Positions 9,995 to 20,144 of a stretch of DNA of 64,000 nt are shown here, one piece after another. The notes below the pieces were generated by a model, which saw only the letters and a list, made by a program, of their open reading frames with translations, made no database searches and had not been told where the DNA came from. Position 1 is the stretch's first letter, and the number at the start of each line of letters is the position of its first letter. Origin of the DNA: Acholeplasmataceae bacterium (GTDB lineage: Bacteria > Bacillota_I > Bacilli_A > ML615J-28 > CAG-698); NCBI GenBank assembly GCA_012839485.1, contig DUNF01000054.1, positions 50 to 64,049 of the forward strand, in the 5' to 3' direction. Both the position numbers and the translations under genes were made by a program.

Positions 9995-10734
9995 TCGCTG
10001 GTAACTGGAAAATGAATAAAACGCGTGACGAAGCTTTACAATTCGTTTACGCTGTTTCAGAAAAACTACCTCATATTGATGAAGTAGATAGTGTTGTTTG
10101 TGCTCCGTTCCCTTTACTTAGAACTTTGTGCAAAAGACAAGGAGATAATTTAAGAGTTGGTGCTCAAAATATGCATTATGCAGATAGCGGCGCTTATACT
10201 GGTGAAATTTCAGCTGATATGTTAACTACACTAGGAGTTACGTATGTTATCATTGGTCATAGCGAAAGAAGAGCTATGTTTAACGAAACAGACGAAACAG
10301 TTAATTTAAAAGTTAAAAAAGCTTTTGAAAAAGGTTTGATCCCAATTCTATGTGTTGGTGAAACTTTAGAACAAAGAGAAAAAGGCCAAGAGAAACAAGT
10401 TGTTAAAGCACAACTTGAAAAGAACCTTGAAGGTCTAAACAAAAACGATATTGAACATTTAGTTATTGCTTATGAACCAATTTGGGCTATTGGCACAGGA
10501 AGAACTGCAAGTGCTGCACAAGCTGAAGAAATGTGTGCTTATGTGCGAGAAGTTGTAAAAGACTTATATGGAACAGCAGCTGATAAAATGCGTGTTCAAT
10601 ACGGCGGATCAGTAAAAGTTGACAATATCAAAGAAATTTTATCAATGCCTAATATTGATGGCGCATTAGTTGGTGGTGCTAGTTTAAAAGCAGATGATTT
10701 TGTTAAGCTTGTAGAAGCAGGCGTTAAAAAATAA
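9979..10734 (+). CDS. tpiA: Triosephosphate isomerase
   Basis: [15 protein letters not shown]…[12 protein letters not shown]…; overlaps the pgk 3' end by 16 nt. Confidence 0.95.
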   Translation: MRKKIIAGNWKMNKTRDEALQFVYAVSEKLPHIDEVDSVVCAPFPLLRTLCKRQGDNLRVGAQNMHYADSGAYTGEISADMLTTLGVTYVIIGHSERRAMFNETDETVNLKVKKAFEKGLIPILCVGETLEQREKGQEKQVVKAQLEKNLEGLNKNDIEHLVIAYEPIWAIGTGRTASAAQAEEMCAYVREVVKDLYGTAADKMRVQYGGSVKVDNIKEILSMPNIDGALVGGASLKADDFVKLVEAGVKK

Positions 10735-10740
10735 AGATAA

Positions 10741-10768
10741 AAAAGGCTCTTAAAAAGAGCCTTTTTAA
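10741..10768 (+). terminator. Intrinsic terminator after tpiA
   Basis: AAAAGGCTCTTAAAAAGAGCCTTTTT. Confidence 0.85.
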
Positions 10769-10778
10769 TAAGTTTTAA

Positions 10779-10807
10779 TTGACAAATAAGCTAAATTATA
10801 GTAAAAT
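10779..10807 (+). promoter_or_regulatory. Sigma-A promoter of rpsD (TTGACA-17-TAAAAT)
   Basis: A consensus -35 and a near-consensus -10 sit ~160 nt upstream of the rpsD ATG. Confidence 0.7.
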
Positions 10808-10967
10808 GACAAGGTGCGGTAAAGAGCAGCACTTATTAGTTATTTTTAAAATAATATCCTTAAGAGGTAGTTAGTAATCTAGCTGCTTAGGTGAACACTT
10901 TAGATACGATTTTTAAAAGTAATTTGGTAAGATTCTTTACTATTTTAAAAGAAAAGGAGGAATGAAT
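10808..10967 (+). promoter_or_regulatory. rpsD 5' leader (~160 nt), candidate S4 autoregulatory structure
   Basis: Long untranslated leader between the promoter and the RBS. In Bacillus the rpsD leader forms an S4-binding pseudoknot. The structure is not verified here. Confidence 0.4.
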
Positions 10968-11588
10968 ATGGCACGTTACACAGGACCAGTATGGAAGAAA
11001 TCTAGAAGATTAGGTTATTCTATTTTGGAAACGGGAAAAGAGTTTGGAAGAAGAAATAGTGGTTCTTTTAGAAGAACATATGCACCTGGCCAACATGGAC
11101 AAAAACGTAAAAAGCAATCTGAATACGGATTACAATTACAAGAAAAACAAAGAGTACGTTTTGTTTATGGCTTAAATGAAAAGCAATTTCGTAAGACTTT
11201 TGATTATGCAGCTAAAATGGAAGGCCAACAAGGTGAAAACTTCTTAAAGTTATTAGAATCTCGTTTAGACAATGTAGTTTATAGAATCGGCTTTGCTAGT
11301 ACTAGACGTCAAGCTCGTCAATTAGTTAACCATGGACATATTTTAGTTGATGGCAAAAAAATAGATATTCCATCATATCTAGTTCAACCTGGTCAAACTG
11401 TTTCATTAAAAGAAAAATCAAGATCCCTTGATATCGTTAAAGAAGCTTTAGAAGCAATGCAATCAAGAAAACCTTACATCGAATTTGATGAAAACAATCA
11501 AGCAGGTAAATTTGCAAGATATCCAGAAAGAGACGAATTCTTAACAGATATTAATGAAACACTAATTGTAGAGTTCTATAACCGTTAG
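10968..11588 (+). CDS. rpsD: 30S ribosomal protein S4
   Basis: [16 protein letters not shown]…; GGAGG lies 7 nt upstream of the ATG at 10968. Confidence 0.95.
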   Translation: MARYTGPVWKKSRRLGYSILETGKEFGRRNSGSFRRTYAPGQHGQKRKKQSEYGLQLQEKQRVRFVYGLNEKQFRKTFDYAAKMEGQQGENFLKLLESRLDNVVYRIGFASTRRQARQLVNHGHILVDGKKIDIPSYLVQPGQTVSLKEKSRSLDIVKEALEAMQSRKPYIEFDENNQAGKFARYPERDEFLTDINETLIVEFYNR

Positions 11589-11596
11589 AATGAAGA

Positions 11597-11627
11597 ATAA
11601 TCTGCTTAATGCAGATTATTTTTTTAT
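11597..11627 (+). terminator. Intrinsic terminator after rpsD
   Basis: AATAATCTGC-TTAA-TGCAGATTATT followed by TTTTTTT. Confidence 0.85.
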
Positions 11628-11667
11628 AAATTAAGTAAATTTAATGTATAATATAAAAGGTGATAAA

Positions 11668-12774
11668 ATGATTTATTTTGATTATGCAGCTACAACTCCA
11701 GTAGATAAGGAAGTATTAGAAACATATATTAAAGCTAACCAAAACTTTTTTGGTAATTCAACTGCTTTACATAAGCTAGGAATAGAAGCGGAATATATGC
11801 ATCAAAAAGCAAAGCAAGAAATGTTTGCTTTATTTAAACTAGAAAAATATGAAGCAATCTATACTATGAATGCAACTGAAGCTAATAACATAGCTATTTT
11901 TGGTGTTGTTAGAAAAGCAAAAACAGGAAGAATTATCACAACTTGTATTGAACATCCTTCAGTAAAAAAAGTTATGAAAGAACTTGAAAAAGAAGGTTAT
12001 GATGTTATTTATCTAAATGTAAATGAAGAAGGTTTAATTTCTTTAAATGATTTAGAAAAGGCTATGACTAAAGATACTTTATTAGTATCAATTATTGGTA
12101 TTAATAATATTGTAGGTTCAATTCAAAATATAAAAGAGATATCTAAAATAGTTAAAAAATATCCTAAAGCAAAACTACATGTAGATTTAGTTCAAGCAAT
12201 TGGGCGATTAGATATTGATTTTGAAGATATCGACTTATTTACTTTTAGTTCGCATAAGATTTATGGACTTAAAGGACTAGGGGTTTTGTGTTTTAAAAAT
12301 AATATCGATTTAGTGCCAATTTTATATGGATCTAGTGTTCAATTAGGATTAAAGCCAGGCACGCTAGATGTTCCAAGCATTATCGCTAACACTAAAGCTT
12401 TAAAATTGTTATTGCAAAAGCAAGATAAAAATTATAACTATGTAAGAAAATTGAATTTGTTATTAAGAAAAGAAATAGAACATTTACCTATTTTAATAAA
12501 TTCACCTAAAAATGCTAGTCCTTATATTTTAAATATTTCTTTACCTAACTTAAATGGAGAAACAGCTCAAAGATTATTAGAAGAAAAAGGATTTATTGTT
12601 GGGACGGGATCTAGTTGTTCTTCTAAAACTAAAGAAGTAGAACCTACATTATATGCAATGTTTAAAGATGAAAAAAGAGCAAACAATTCAGTTAGAATTA
12701 GTTTTTCTTATCATAATAAAGAATCAGATGTTTTACAACTAACTAAAGTTTTAAAGGAGATTGTCAATGTATAA
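11668..12774 (+). CDS. Cysteine desulfurase (class V aminotransferase, NifS/NifZ-like), partner of ThiI
   Basis: MIYFDYAATTP… and a PLP-lysine region …FSSHKIYG…; RBS AAAGGTGA; sits upstream of and overlaps thiI, as nifZ-thiI does in Bacillus. Confidence 0.85.
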   Translation: MIYFDYAATTPVDKEVLETYIKANQNFFGNSTALHKLGIEAEYMHQKAKQEMFALFKLEKYEAIYTMNATEANNIAIFGVVRKAKTGRIITTCIEHPSVKKVMKELEKEGYDVIYLNVNEEGLISLNDLEKAMTKDTLLVSIIGINNIVGSIQNIKEISKIVKKYPKAKLHVDLVQAIGRLDIDFEDIDLFTFSSHKIYGLKGLGVLCFKNNIDLVPILYGSSVQLGLKPGTLDVPSIIANTKALKLLLQKQDKNYNYVRKLNLLLRKEIEHLPILINSPKNASPYILNISLPNLNGETAQRLLEEKGFIVGTGSSCSSKTKEVEPTLYAMFKDEKRANNSVRISFSYHNKESDVLQLTKVLKEIVNV

Positions 12775-13984
12775 TATTATTTTAGTAAGATATGGAGAAA
12801 TGACTTTAAAAAAAGCTAATTACAAAGAGTTTTTAAAAGCAATTAATGCTAATATTAAAAGAAAATTAAAACAATTTTCTAAACTTCAGTTTAGTAATAC
12901 TGATTATCGTTTTTATATTCATTTAAATGGAGAAGATTATTTAGAAGTTATTAAAGTATTAGATACTATCTCAGGGTTAGCTAGTTATAGTCCTTGTCTT
13001 AAGGTAACTTCTGATTTAGAAGAAGTGGCTAAACAAAGCATTTCTTTAATAAAAGAAGAAAATTTAGAAAGAAAAACATTTAAAGTTGAAACTAAAAGAA
13101 GCAATAAAACTTACCCCTTAACATCACAGGAAATTACACAAAAAGTAGCTGGTTTAATTTTAAAAGAAATTAAATTAGAAGTAGATGTTCATCATCCTGA
13201 CTTTGTTTTAAATATTGAGTTAAGAAATGAAGGAACATATATCTATTTGCGTAATTATTTAGGAATGGGAGGCCTTCCTGCTGGCACTGGTGGAAATGGT
13301 TTACTTATGATGAGCGGAGGGATTGATTCTCCTGTTGCTGGTTTTCTTGCATTAAGAAAAGGAATAATATTAAAAGCAATTCATTTTGCATCACCTCCTC
13401 ATACTTCAAACCTATCATTACAAAAAGTGGTAGATCTTACAAAAGAGATATCTAAATATAGTGAATTTGAAGAATTAGAACTATTAATAGTTCCGTTTAC
13501 AGAAATACAAATTGCAATTCAAAAGTATTGCAATCCTACATATTTAATTACACTAATGAGAAGAGCGATGTATAAAATAGCTGAGCAAGTTGCTTTAAAA
13601 GAAGGAATGAGTGTTATTATAAATGGGGAAAGTGTAGGTCAAGTTGCAAGTCAAACTGTTGAGAGTATGATGGTAGTAAATGAAGTTACTAATTTTCCTG
13701 TTATTAGACCTTTAGTTACTTATGATAAACAAGAAATAGTAGATATAGCTAAGAAAATAAACACTTACGATGTTTCTATTTTACCATATGAGGATTGTTG
13801 TACAGTGTTTGTACCTAAACACCCAGTAATTCGTCCTAAAGTAGAAATAGCAAAAAAAGAAGAAGAAAAATATGAAATGAACCAGTTAATAAAAGAAGCA
13901 GTAAGTAATATTAAACGAATTACTTTAAGTTATAATGAAGAGTATTTTGTAGGAGGGGAGGATAAAGATAAATATGAAATCTAA
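12767..13984 (+). CDS. thiI: tRNA 4-thiouridine synthase ThiI
   Basis: THUMP domain followed by a PP-loop SGGIDSPVA. Confidence 0.9.
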   Translation: MYNIILVRYGEMTLKKANYKEFLKAINANIKRKLKQFSKLQFSNTDYRFYIHLNGEDYLEVIKVLDTISGLASYSPCLKVTSDLEEVAKQSISLIKEENLERKTFKVETKRSNKTYPLTSQEITQKVAGLILKEIKLEVDVHHPDFVLNIELRNEGTYIYLRNYLGMGGLPAGTGGNGLLMMSGGIDSPVAGFLALRKGIILKAIHFASPPHTSNLSLQKVVDLTKEISKYSEFEELELLIVPFTEIQIAIQKYCNPTYLITLMRRAMYKIAEQVALKEGMSVIINGESVGQVASQTVESMMVVNEVTNFPVIRPLVTYDKQEIVDIAKKINTYDVSILPYEDCCTVFVPKHPVIRPKVEIAKKEEEKYEMNQLIKEAVSNIKRITLSYNEEYFVGGEDKDKYEI

Positions 13985-14516
13985 TGAAGCTATTAATCAA
14001 GATTTAGAAACAAGAATGAGAGAAATAGATATCTTATTAGAAGAAAATGCTGTTAAGCAAGAACAATATATTATGGGCTATGATAATATTGATGAAGAAG
14101 AGTATCTTACTTTAAAAGAGGAAGAAAAAGAATTAAAGGAAGAAAAGAAAGCAATTAAAAAAACAATCAAATTATCAAGACCTAAAAAATGGTACGAAGA
14201 GATATCTGCTTTAGCTTATATTTACGCTATTATTCAAATTATTGTTTCTAGTAGATTAGTTATGCCTTATTTAACATCTTTCTTAACAGATATTATTTTT
14301 CCTGCTTTAGGGGATCAAGCAAATACTAATTTTGGTGCCTTTGTAATTATTTTAGGACCATTACTATTATCTTTACTCATTACTATTATAATTTTCTTAT
14401 CAATGTTACCATTTAAAAACAAAAGGAAAGCATGGGCAATTATTTTAGTTTTACATACTTTATCTGCTTTAACTTCTGTTTTTGTCTTAATAAAAATATA
14501 TAATCAGGTGATTTAA
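13974..14516 (+). CDS. Hypothetical membrane protein (N-terminal charged coiled-coil, ~4 TM helices)
   Basis: ORF only: a Glu/Lys-rich N-terminus followed by hydrophobic helices. Confidence 0.4.
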   Translation: MKSNEAINQDLETRMREIDILLEENAVKQEQYIMGYDNIDEEEYLTLKEEEKELKEEKKAIKKTIKLSRPKKWYEEISALAYIYAIIQIIVSSRLVMPYLTSFLTDIIFPALGDQANTNFGAFVIILGPLLLSLLITIIIFLSMLPFKNKRKAWAIILVLHTLSALTSVFVLIKIYNQVI

Positions 14517-15257
14517 ATGGAAGAAATTAGATCAGTTAATAATTCTTATATTAAATATTTGAAATCCTTAAAACAAAAAAAGTATCGCAAAGAACATAAA
14601 ATGTTTTTAGTTGAAGGATATCATTTAGTTGAAGAAGCAGCTAAGGCTAAAGTTTTAGATGCTGTTTTGGTGATAGATAAGAAAGATCAAATCCAAGGAG
14701 TTAAAAACTATTTAATTAATTGCGATATAATTAAAGATCTTGCAAACACGGTAACACCTCAAAACATTATTGGAGTTTGTTTTATAAAACAAAAAAAGGA
14801 ACTAACATCAAACAAAGTTTTAGTATTAGATGAAATTCAAGATCCTGGTAATTTGGGAACTTTAATTAGGACAGCAATAGCTTTTGGTTTCACTGACATT
14901 GCAGTTAGTAACAATACTGTAGATATCTACAATGACAAAGTTATTAGGGGAACACAAGGAATGTTGTTTAGGGCTAACTTTATAGAAGTAGAAATCAAAG
15001 ATTTTCTTTCAGATTTAAAAGCCAAAGGTTATAAAGTAGTTACAACTAGTTTAGGTAAAGATTGTATTACACCAGATCAACTTCCTAAACTAGAAAAAAG
15101 TGCTTTAGTTTTAGGAAACGAAGCACGTGGATTAAAAGATGAGGTTTTAGAATTAGCTGATTTTAAAGTTACGATTCCAATGGCTGATGTTGTTGAGAGT
15201 TTGAATGTTGGTGTTGCTGGTGGAATAATGATGTATCTTTTAAGTAAGCAAAAATAA
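14517..15257 (+). CDS. TrmH/SpoU-family RNA 2'-O-methyltransferase
   Basis: SPOUT motifs …LVLGNEARGL… and …ESLNVGVAGGIMMY…. Confidence 0.75.
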   Translation: MEEIRSVNNSYIKYLKSLKQKKYRKEHKMFLVEGYHLVEEAAKAKVLDAVLVIDKKDQIQGVKNYLINCDIIKDLANTVTPQNIIGVCFIKQKKELTSNKVLVLDEIQDPGNLGTLIRTAIAFGFTDIAVSNNTVDIYNDKVIRGTQGMLFRANFIEVEIKDFLSDLKAKGYKVVTTSLGKDCITPDQLPKLEKSALVLGNEARGLKDEVLELADFKVTIPMADVVESLNVGVAGGIMMYLLSKQK

Positions 15258-15298
15258 CTAGTTTTATCGTTAAATTATGTTATTTTTTCGATATTCAT

Positions 15299-15327
15299 TT
15301 GACATCTTAAAAATGATTTGTTATAAT
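15299..15327 (+). promoter_or_regulatory. Sigma-A promoter of the rimP-nusA-infB operon (TTGACA-17-TATAAT)
   Basis: Perfect consensus hexamers with a 17-nt spacer. Confidence 0.8.
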
Positions 15328-15335
15328 AATAAAAA

Positions 15336-15367
15336 CTGGAGTGAGTTTCTCGCTCCTTTAATTTTGA
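15336..15367 (+). promoter_or_regulatory. Leader hairpin plus U-tract (candidate NusA-dependent attenuator / 5' stabiliser) in the nusA operon leader
   Basis: GGAGTGA-GTTTC-TCGCTCC followed by TTTAATTTT, immediately downstream of the predicted TSS and upstream of the rimP RBS. Confidence 0.45.
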
Positions 15368-15380
15368 AGGAGGTGTTTTT

Positions 15381-15842
15381 TTGAAAATCACAAAAGAAAT
15401 TAAAGACTTATGCCAAAAAAGAGCAGAAGAATTAGAACTTGAATTTAAAGAAGTTGTTTTCGTAAGAGAAAGTGGTATGAGTATTTTAAGAGTTATTGTT
15501 GATAAAAAGGGTAAGTTAACTACTGATGATTGTAGTGACTTAAGTATGTTAATTAGTGATGATTTAGATATGTTAGATATCGAAATTGATAATTATTATT
15601 TAGAAGTAACATCTCCAGGTATTGAAAGAAAACTAGAGTTTAGTGAATTAAATGAAGTACTTGGTTCATATGTTTTTGTAAAACTGTATCGTAAGATTCA
15701 AGGAGAAAAAGAGTTTTATGGTGATTTAGTTAGTTACAAAGATGACTTAGTTACTTTAAAGATTAACTTTAGTGGGCGTTTTAAAAACGTAGAATTTGAA
15801 AAAAAGGATATTGCTTTAATTAGACTAGCAATTAAATTTTAG
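15381..15842 (+). CDS. rimP: Ribosome maturation factor RimP
   Basis: TTG start preceded by GAAGGAGGTG; first gene of the nusA-infB operon. Confidence 0.85.
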   Translation: MKITKEIKDLCQKRAEELELEFKEVVFVRESGMSILRVIVDKKGKLTTDDCSDLSMLISDDLDMLDIEIDNYYLEVTSPGIERKLEFSELNEVLGSYVFVKLYRKIQGEKEFYGDLVSYKDDLVTLKINFSGRFKNVEFEKKDIALIRLAIKF

Positions 15843-15853
15843 GAGGGGTATAA

Positions 15854-16921
15854 ATGATTAGTAAAAGTTTTTTTGAATCGTTAGAAGAAGTAGCATTTGA
15901 TCGTGGTTTAGCTATTGATGATGTTTTAAAAAGAGTGGAAATTGCGATGGCTGGTGCTGCTAAAGATAATGGTTATAGTGGCGAAGTTAAGATAGATTTA
16001 GAAGAAGGAAAAAGCAGAGTTAGATTTTTTGAATATTTATATGTAATTGATGGGGAAGAAATTCCAGTTGAAGAAAGAACTAAAGGTCAAATTACTTTAG
16101 AGCAAGCAGAAGCATATACAAAAAATCCAAAAGTTGGTCAAACAATTAAAAATGAAGTTGACTTTTCTAAATTCTCTCAACGTTCAGCTCAAAAGTTTAA
16201 AAATATGTTTATTAGTGGACTTAAAGAGTTAGAAAGAGAATATGCTTATCGTCATTTTCATAGTAAAATTGGTGAAATTGTTACTGCTACAATCATCTCT
16301 AATCAAAATGGTTTTATTGGATTTGATTTAGGTAAAAATACAATTTCTTATATGCCAATAGCTGAAGGCTTACCAGAAGAAACATATGAAGTTGGCGAAA
16401 GTAAAAAAGTTTATATTATTAAAGTAGACCAAACTACTAAAGGTCCTAAAGTATATTTATCAAGAAAGAATAAAGAAATTGTTCGCAGATTATTTGAGAT
16501 GAATATACCTGAAGTAAAAGATGGAACAGTAGAGATTGTTAACTTAAGTCGTGATCCAGGCAATAGGAGTAAAGTGGGAGTTTTGAGTAAAGACCCTAAT
16601 GTAGATCCTAAGGGAGCATGTGTAGGAAACTCTGGTTTTAGAGTTAAAACAATCAATATGGCTTTAAATGGTGAGAAAATAGATATCTTCACTTGGAAAG
16701 AAGATCCAAAAGAATTAGTAGCAGAAGCATTACTTCCAGCTGAAACAGTTAAAGTTTTCGTAGACGAAAAAGAAAAGTCAGCATTAGCGATTGTAGAAGA
16801 TGATCAATTTTCACTTGCAATTGGTAGAAACGGACAAAACGTTCGTTTAGCTGCTTATGCAATTGGTTGGAAAATAGATATCAAAACTGTTTCGGTTGCT
16901 AAGACGGAAGGTTTATTATAA
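15854..16921 (+). CDS. nusA: Transcription termination/antitermination factor NusA
   Basis: S1 plus two KH domains (…AIGRNGQNVRLAA…). Confidence 0.95.
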   Translation: MISKSFFESLEEVAFDRGLAIDDVLKRVEIAMAGAAKDNGYSGEVKIDLEEGKSRVRFFEYLYVIDGEEIPVEERTKGQITLEQAEAYTKNPKVGQTIKNEVDFSKFSQRSAQKFKNMFISGLKELEREYAYRHFHSKIGEIVTATIISNQNGFIGFDLGKNTISYMPIAEGLPEETYEVGESKKVYIIKVDQTTKGPKVYLSRKNKEIVRRLFEMNIPEVKDGTVEIVNLSRDPGNRSKVGVLSKDPNVDPKGACVGNSGFRVKTINMALNGEKIDIFTWKEDPKELVAEALLPAETVKVFVDEKEKSALAIVEDDQFSLAIGRNGQNVRLAAYAIGWKIDIKTVSVAKTEGLL

Positions 16922-16929
16922 GAGGTTCT

Positions 16930-17208
16930 ATGAAAGTAAGAAAAGAGCCAATCCGTAAATGTCTAGCAACAGGCGAAAGACTTTCTAAAAAAGATCTTGT
17001 TCGTATTGTTAGGACACCAGAAGGAGAGATAAAAATCGACCAAACAGGAAAATTGAATGGTCGCGGCGCTTATCTTTCTAAATCTTTAGAAGCTATTAAA
17101 TTAGCAAAAACAAAAAATATAATTGGCAAAGCATTAGAAACTGAAATTCCGGACACTATTTATGAACAGTTGTTTCAACTTATAGGTGATAAGGATGGGA
17201 AAAATTAG
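16930..17208 (+). CDS. ylxR: YlxR/RnpM (DUF448) RNA-binding protein
   Basis: PIRKCLATGER…LVRIVR…GRGAYL motif. Confidence 0.85.
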   Translation: MKVRKEPIRKCLATGERLSKKDLVRIVRTPEGEIKIDQTGKLNGRGAYLSKSLEAIKLAKTKNIIGKALETEIPDTIYEQLFQLIGDKDGKN

Positions 17209-17500
17209 TGCTTTACAAGTACTAGGTCTAGCAAATAGAGCTAATGAATTAGTTTTAGGTTATGACCCGGTTTTATCAAGTATTCAGAAAAATAAAGTAA
17301 AATTAGTTCTAATTGCCAGTGATGCATCAAACAAAACAAAAGATACTTTTTCTAAAAAATGTTTCTTTTATAAAATTGAAATTTTAGAAGTATTTACTAG
17401 CGAAGAACTAAGTCAAGCTCTTGGTAGAAAAGTGAAAATAGTTGGTATTAAAGACCAGGGGTTTGGAGAATTAATAAAAAAAAGAATTGAGGTGAAATAA
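17186..17500 (+). CDS. ylxQ: L7Ae-family K-turn binding protein (YlxQ-like)
   Basis: Conserved position between ylxR and infB; ~100 aa with an L7Ae-like pattern. Confidence 0.7.
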   Translation: MIRMGKISALQVLGLANRANELVLGYDPVLSSIQKNKVKLVLIASDASNKTKDTFSKKCFFYKIEILEVFTSEELSQALGRKVKIVGIKDQGFGELIKKRIEVK

Positions 17501-19809
17501 TGGTTAAAGGATTCACAGTTAGAGAAATTTTAGAAATTCTTGAGGATAATCCTAAAGTTACTAAAGAAGGTTTATTTGATGACTTATATAATGTAATCTA
17601 TACAGAAAAAGTAATTACTTTAGATACAATAGTTCCTGAAGCAATATGTAAGAACTTAGGTAGAAAATATGGTCAAGAAATTAAAAAAACAAAGAAGCCT
17701 AAGAAAGAAACTCCAAAAGAAGAACCGAAGCCAGAACCTAAAGCAGAACCAAAACCTGTTGTAGAGGATAAAAAAGAAAAAGTTGAGGAAAAGCCGAAAG
17801 TAGAAGCTAAGCCTGAACCAAAAAAAGAAGAACCAAAACAAAAGGTTGAAGTTCCAAAGTCAAAACCAGAAACAAAGAAAGAAACTAAAAAAGTAGAACC
17901 ACAAGAAGAGTTTGAAGACGAAGATGAAGTTGAACTTTCTAAAGTTTATGATGGTAAATATGATGAATATGAAGTAGAAGCAAAAACATATACAAGATTA
18001 AAGAACGTTAAGAAAAAAAGAAAAGTAACGCAAAGACAAAGTAACGTTTCTGGTTCAAAAAAAGCCGACGAAAATGTTTTAATCTACACACCTGGTATGA
18101 CTGTGGCGCAAATTGCTGATGGTTTAACTGTTTCAGTTGGAGAAATCGTAAAGAAATTAGTAATGTTAGGTTATATGTATAATGCAACTGCAGCTTTAGA
18201 TAAAGATTTAGCTGAACTTTTAGCTGAAGATGCAGGGTTTATTTTAAAAGAGAAAATCTTAGAGGATATTACTAAATTTGAAGAAATGAAAATTAAAGAT
18301 AATCCAGAAGATTTAGAAGCAAGAAGTCCTATTATTACAATTATGGGGCATGTTGACCATGGAAAAACAACATTATTAGATACTATTAGAAATACAAGAG
18401 TTACTGCTTCTGAAGCTGGTGGAATTACGCAACATATCGGTGCTTATCAAGTAGAAAAGAGTGGTCGTAAGATTACATTTATTGACACTCCAGGTCACGC
18501 TGCTTTTACAGAAATGAGAGCTCGTGGTGCCCAAGTGACAGATATTGTTGTTTTAGTTGTAGCTGCAGATGATGGCATTATGCCTCAAACTGTAGAAGCA
18601 ATTGATCACGCTAAGGCAGCTAAAGTTCCTATTATTGTAGCTATTAATAAAATGGATAAACCACAAGCTCATCCAGATCAAGTATTACAAGAATTAACTA
18701 AATATGGTTTGGTTCCAGAAGTTTGGGGTGGAGATACAATTTGTGTTCCAATTTCTGCTTTAAAAGCTCAAGGAATTGAAGAGTTATTAGAAATGATTTT
18801 ATTAACAGCTGATATGCTTGAATTAAAAGCAAATCCAAATCGTTTAGGAATTGGTACAGTTGTAGAGGCTAAACTTGATCGTGGTCGTGGTCCAGTTGCA
18901 ACGCTACTTGTAAGTAATGGTACGATTAAGATAGGAGACCCAATTGTTGTTGGAACTACTTATGGCCGCATTAGATCAATGACTGATGAGAAGAGTAAGT
19001 TATTAACTAGCGCAGGACCTGCAAAGGCAGTAGAAATTACTGGTTTATCAGATGTACCTGAAGCTGGTGATCACTTTATGGTATTTGAAGATGAAAAAAC
19101 TGCTCGTTTAGTAGCAGAAGAAAGAAATATTCGTAAGACAGATGCTGAATTAAGTGCAGGAGCAGTTAGTTTAGTAAGTGCTTTAAGTGATGACAAAGAA
19201 TTAAACTTAATTATTAAAGGTGATGTTCAAGGTTCAATCGAAGCTTTAAAATCTTCATTACAAAAGATTAATATTGATGGAGTTAAGATTAATATTATTA
19301 GAACTGGTGTTGGTTCGGTTACAGAAACAGATATTGCTCTTGCAAGTACATCTGGTTCAATTATTATAGGTTTTAATATTCGTCCTCGTGCTAATATTTT
19401 AGATTACGCAAAAGAGAAAAATATTGAAGTTAGATTATATTCTGTTATCTATAAGTTATTAGAAGATATTGAAGAAGCGATGACTGGTATGTTAGATCCA
19501 GAATATGAAGAAAGAGTTATTGGCGAAGCAGAGGTGAGAAATACTTTCAAAGCTTCTAAAATTGGAACAATTGCTGGTTTATATGTAACTAGTGGGGTTA
19601 TTAATAATAGTGATAGTATTCGTTTAATCCGTGACTCAATTGTTATTTATAATGGAAAAATCGGCTCTTTAAGAAGATTTGATGATGATGTAAAAGAAGT
19701 TAGAGAAGGCTTTGAATGCGGACTTACAATTAAAAACTTCAATGATATTAAAGAAGGCGATTTAGTAGAAACTTATAGAATGGTTGAGGTAAAACGAAAT
19801 GTCTTATAA
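17500..19809 (+). CDS. infB: Translation initiation factor IF-2
   Basis: GTPase motifs GHVDHGKTTLLD, DTPGH and NKMD, plus a low-complexity K/E/P-rich N-terminal linker. Confidence 0.95.
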   Translation: MVKGFTVREILEILEDNPKVTKEGLFDDLYNVIYTEKVITLDTIVPEAICKNLGRKYGQEIKKTKKPKKETPKEEPKPEPKAEPKPVVEDKKEKVEEKPKVEAKPEPKKEEPKQKVEVPKSKPETKKETKKVEPQEEFEDEDEVELSKVYDGKYDEYEVEAKTYTRLKNVKKKRKVTQRQSNVSGSKKADENVLIYTPGMTVAQIADGLTVSVGEIVKKLVMLGYMYNATAALDKDLAELLAEDAGFILKEKILEDITKFEEMKIKDNPEDLEARSPIITIMGHVDHGKTTLLDTIRNTRVTASEAGGITQHIGAYQVEKSGRKITFIDTPGHAAFTEMRARGAQVTDIVVLVVAADDGIMPQTVEAIDHAKAAKVPIIVAINKMDKPQAHPDQVLQELTKYGLVPEVWGGDTICVPISALKAQGIEELLEMILLTADMLELKANPNRLGIGTVVEAKLDRGRGPVATLLVSNGTIKIGDPIVVGTTYGRIRSMTDEKSKLLTSAGPAKAVEITGLSDVPEAGDHFMVFEDEKTARLVAEERNIRKTDAELSAGAVSLVSALSDDKELNLIIKGDVQGSIEALKSSLQKINIDGVKINIIRTGVGSVTETDIALASTSGSIIIGFNIRPRANILDYAKEKNIEVRLYSVIYKLLEDIEEAMTGMLDPEYEERVIGEAEVRNTFKASKIGTIAGLYVTSGVINNSDSIRLIRDSIVIYNGKIGSLRRFDDDVKEVREGFECGLTIKNFNDIKEGDLVETYRMVEVKRNVL

Positions 19810-20137
19810 ACAAGAAAGATTAGAAAGACAAATCGAAAGAGAACTTGGAACTATTCTCCTTGGCGAAACTAAAGATCAAAGATTAAGATATGTAACTATT
19901 ACAAAAGTGAGATTAAATGGGGACTATTCTTTAGCTACTGTTTACTATACGATTATGGGAACAGAAGACCAAATCGAAAATACGAAGAGAATTTTAGAAG
20001 AAGCTAAAGGTTTCTTAAGATCAACTTTAAGTAAAAAATTAAAATTAAGAAAAACTCCAGAGTTAATCTTGCAATATGATGAATCGATGGAATACGGAGA
20101 AAGAATAGAAAACATTTTAAAAGATTTGAAGAAATAG
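19799..20137 (+). CDS. rbfA: Ribosome-binding factor A
   Basis: Conserved RbfA fold sequence; immediately after infB. Confidence 0.9.
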   Translation: MSYKQERLERQIERELGTILLGETKDQRLRYVTITKVRLNGDYSLATVYYTIMGTEDQIENTKRILEEAKGFLRSTLSKKLKLRKTPELILQYDESMEYGERIENILKDLKK

Positions 20138-20144
20138 GTGAACT

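Noticed and set aside
17656-17841. 61-aa F/W-rich antisense ORF
   Set aside because: It is a mirror image of the Lys/Glu/Pro repeat region of infB.
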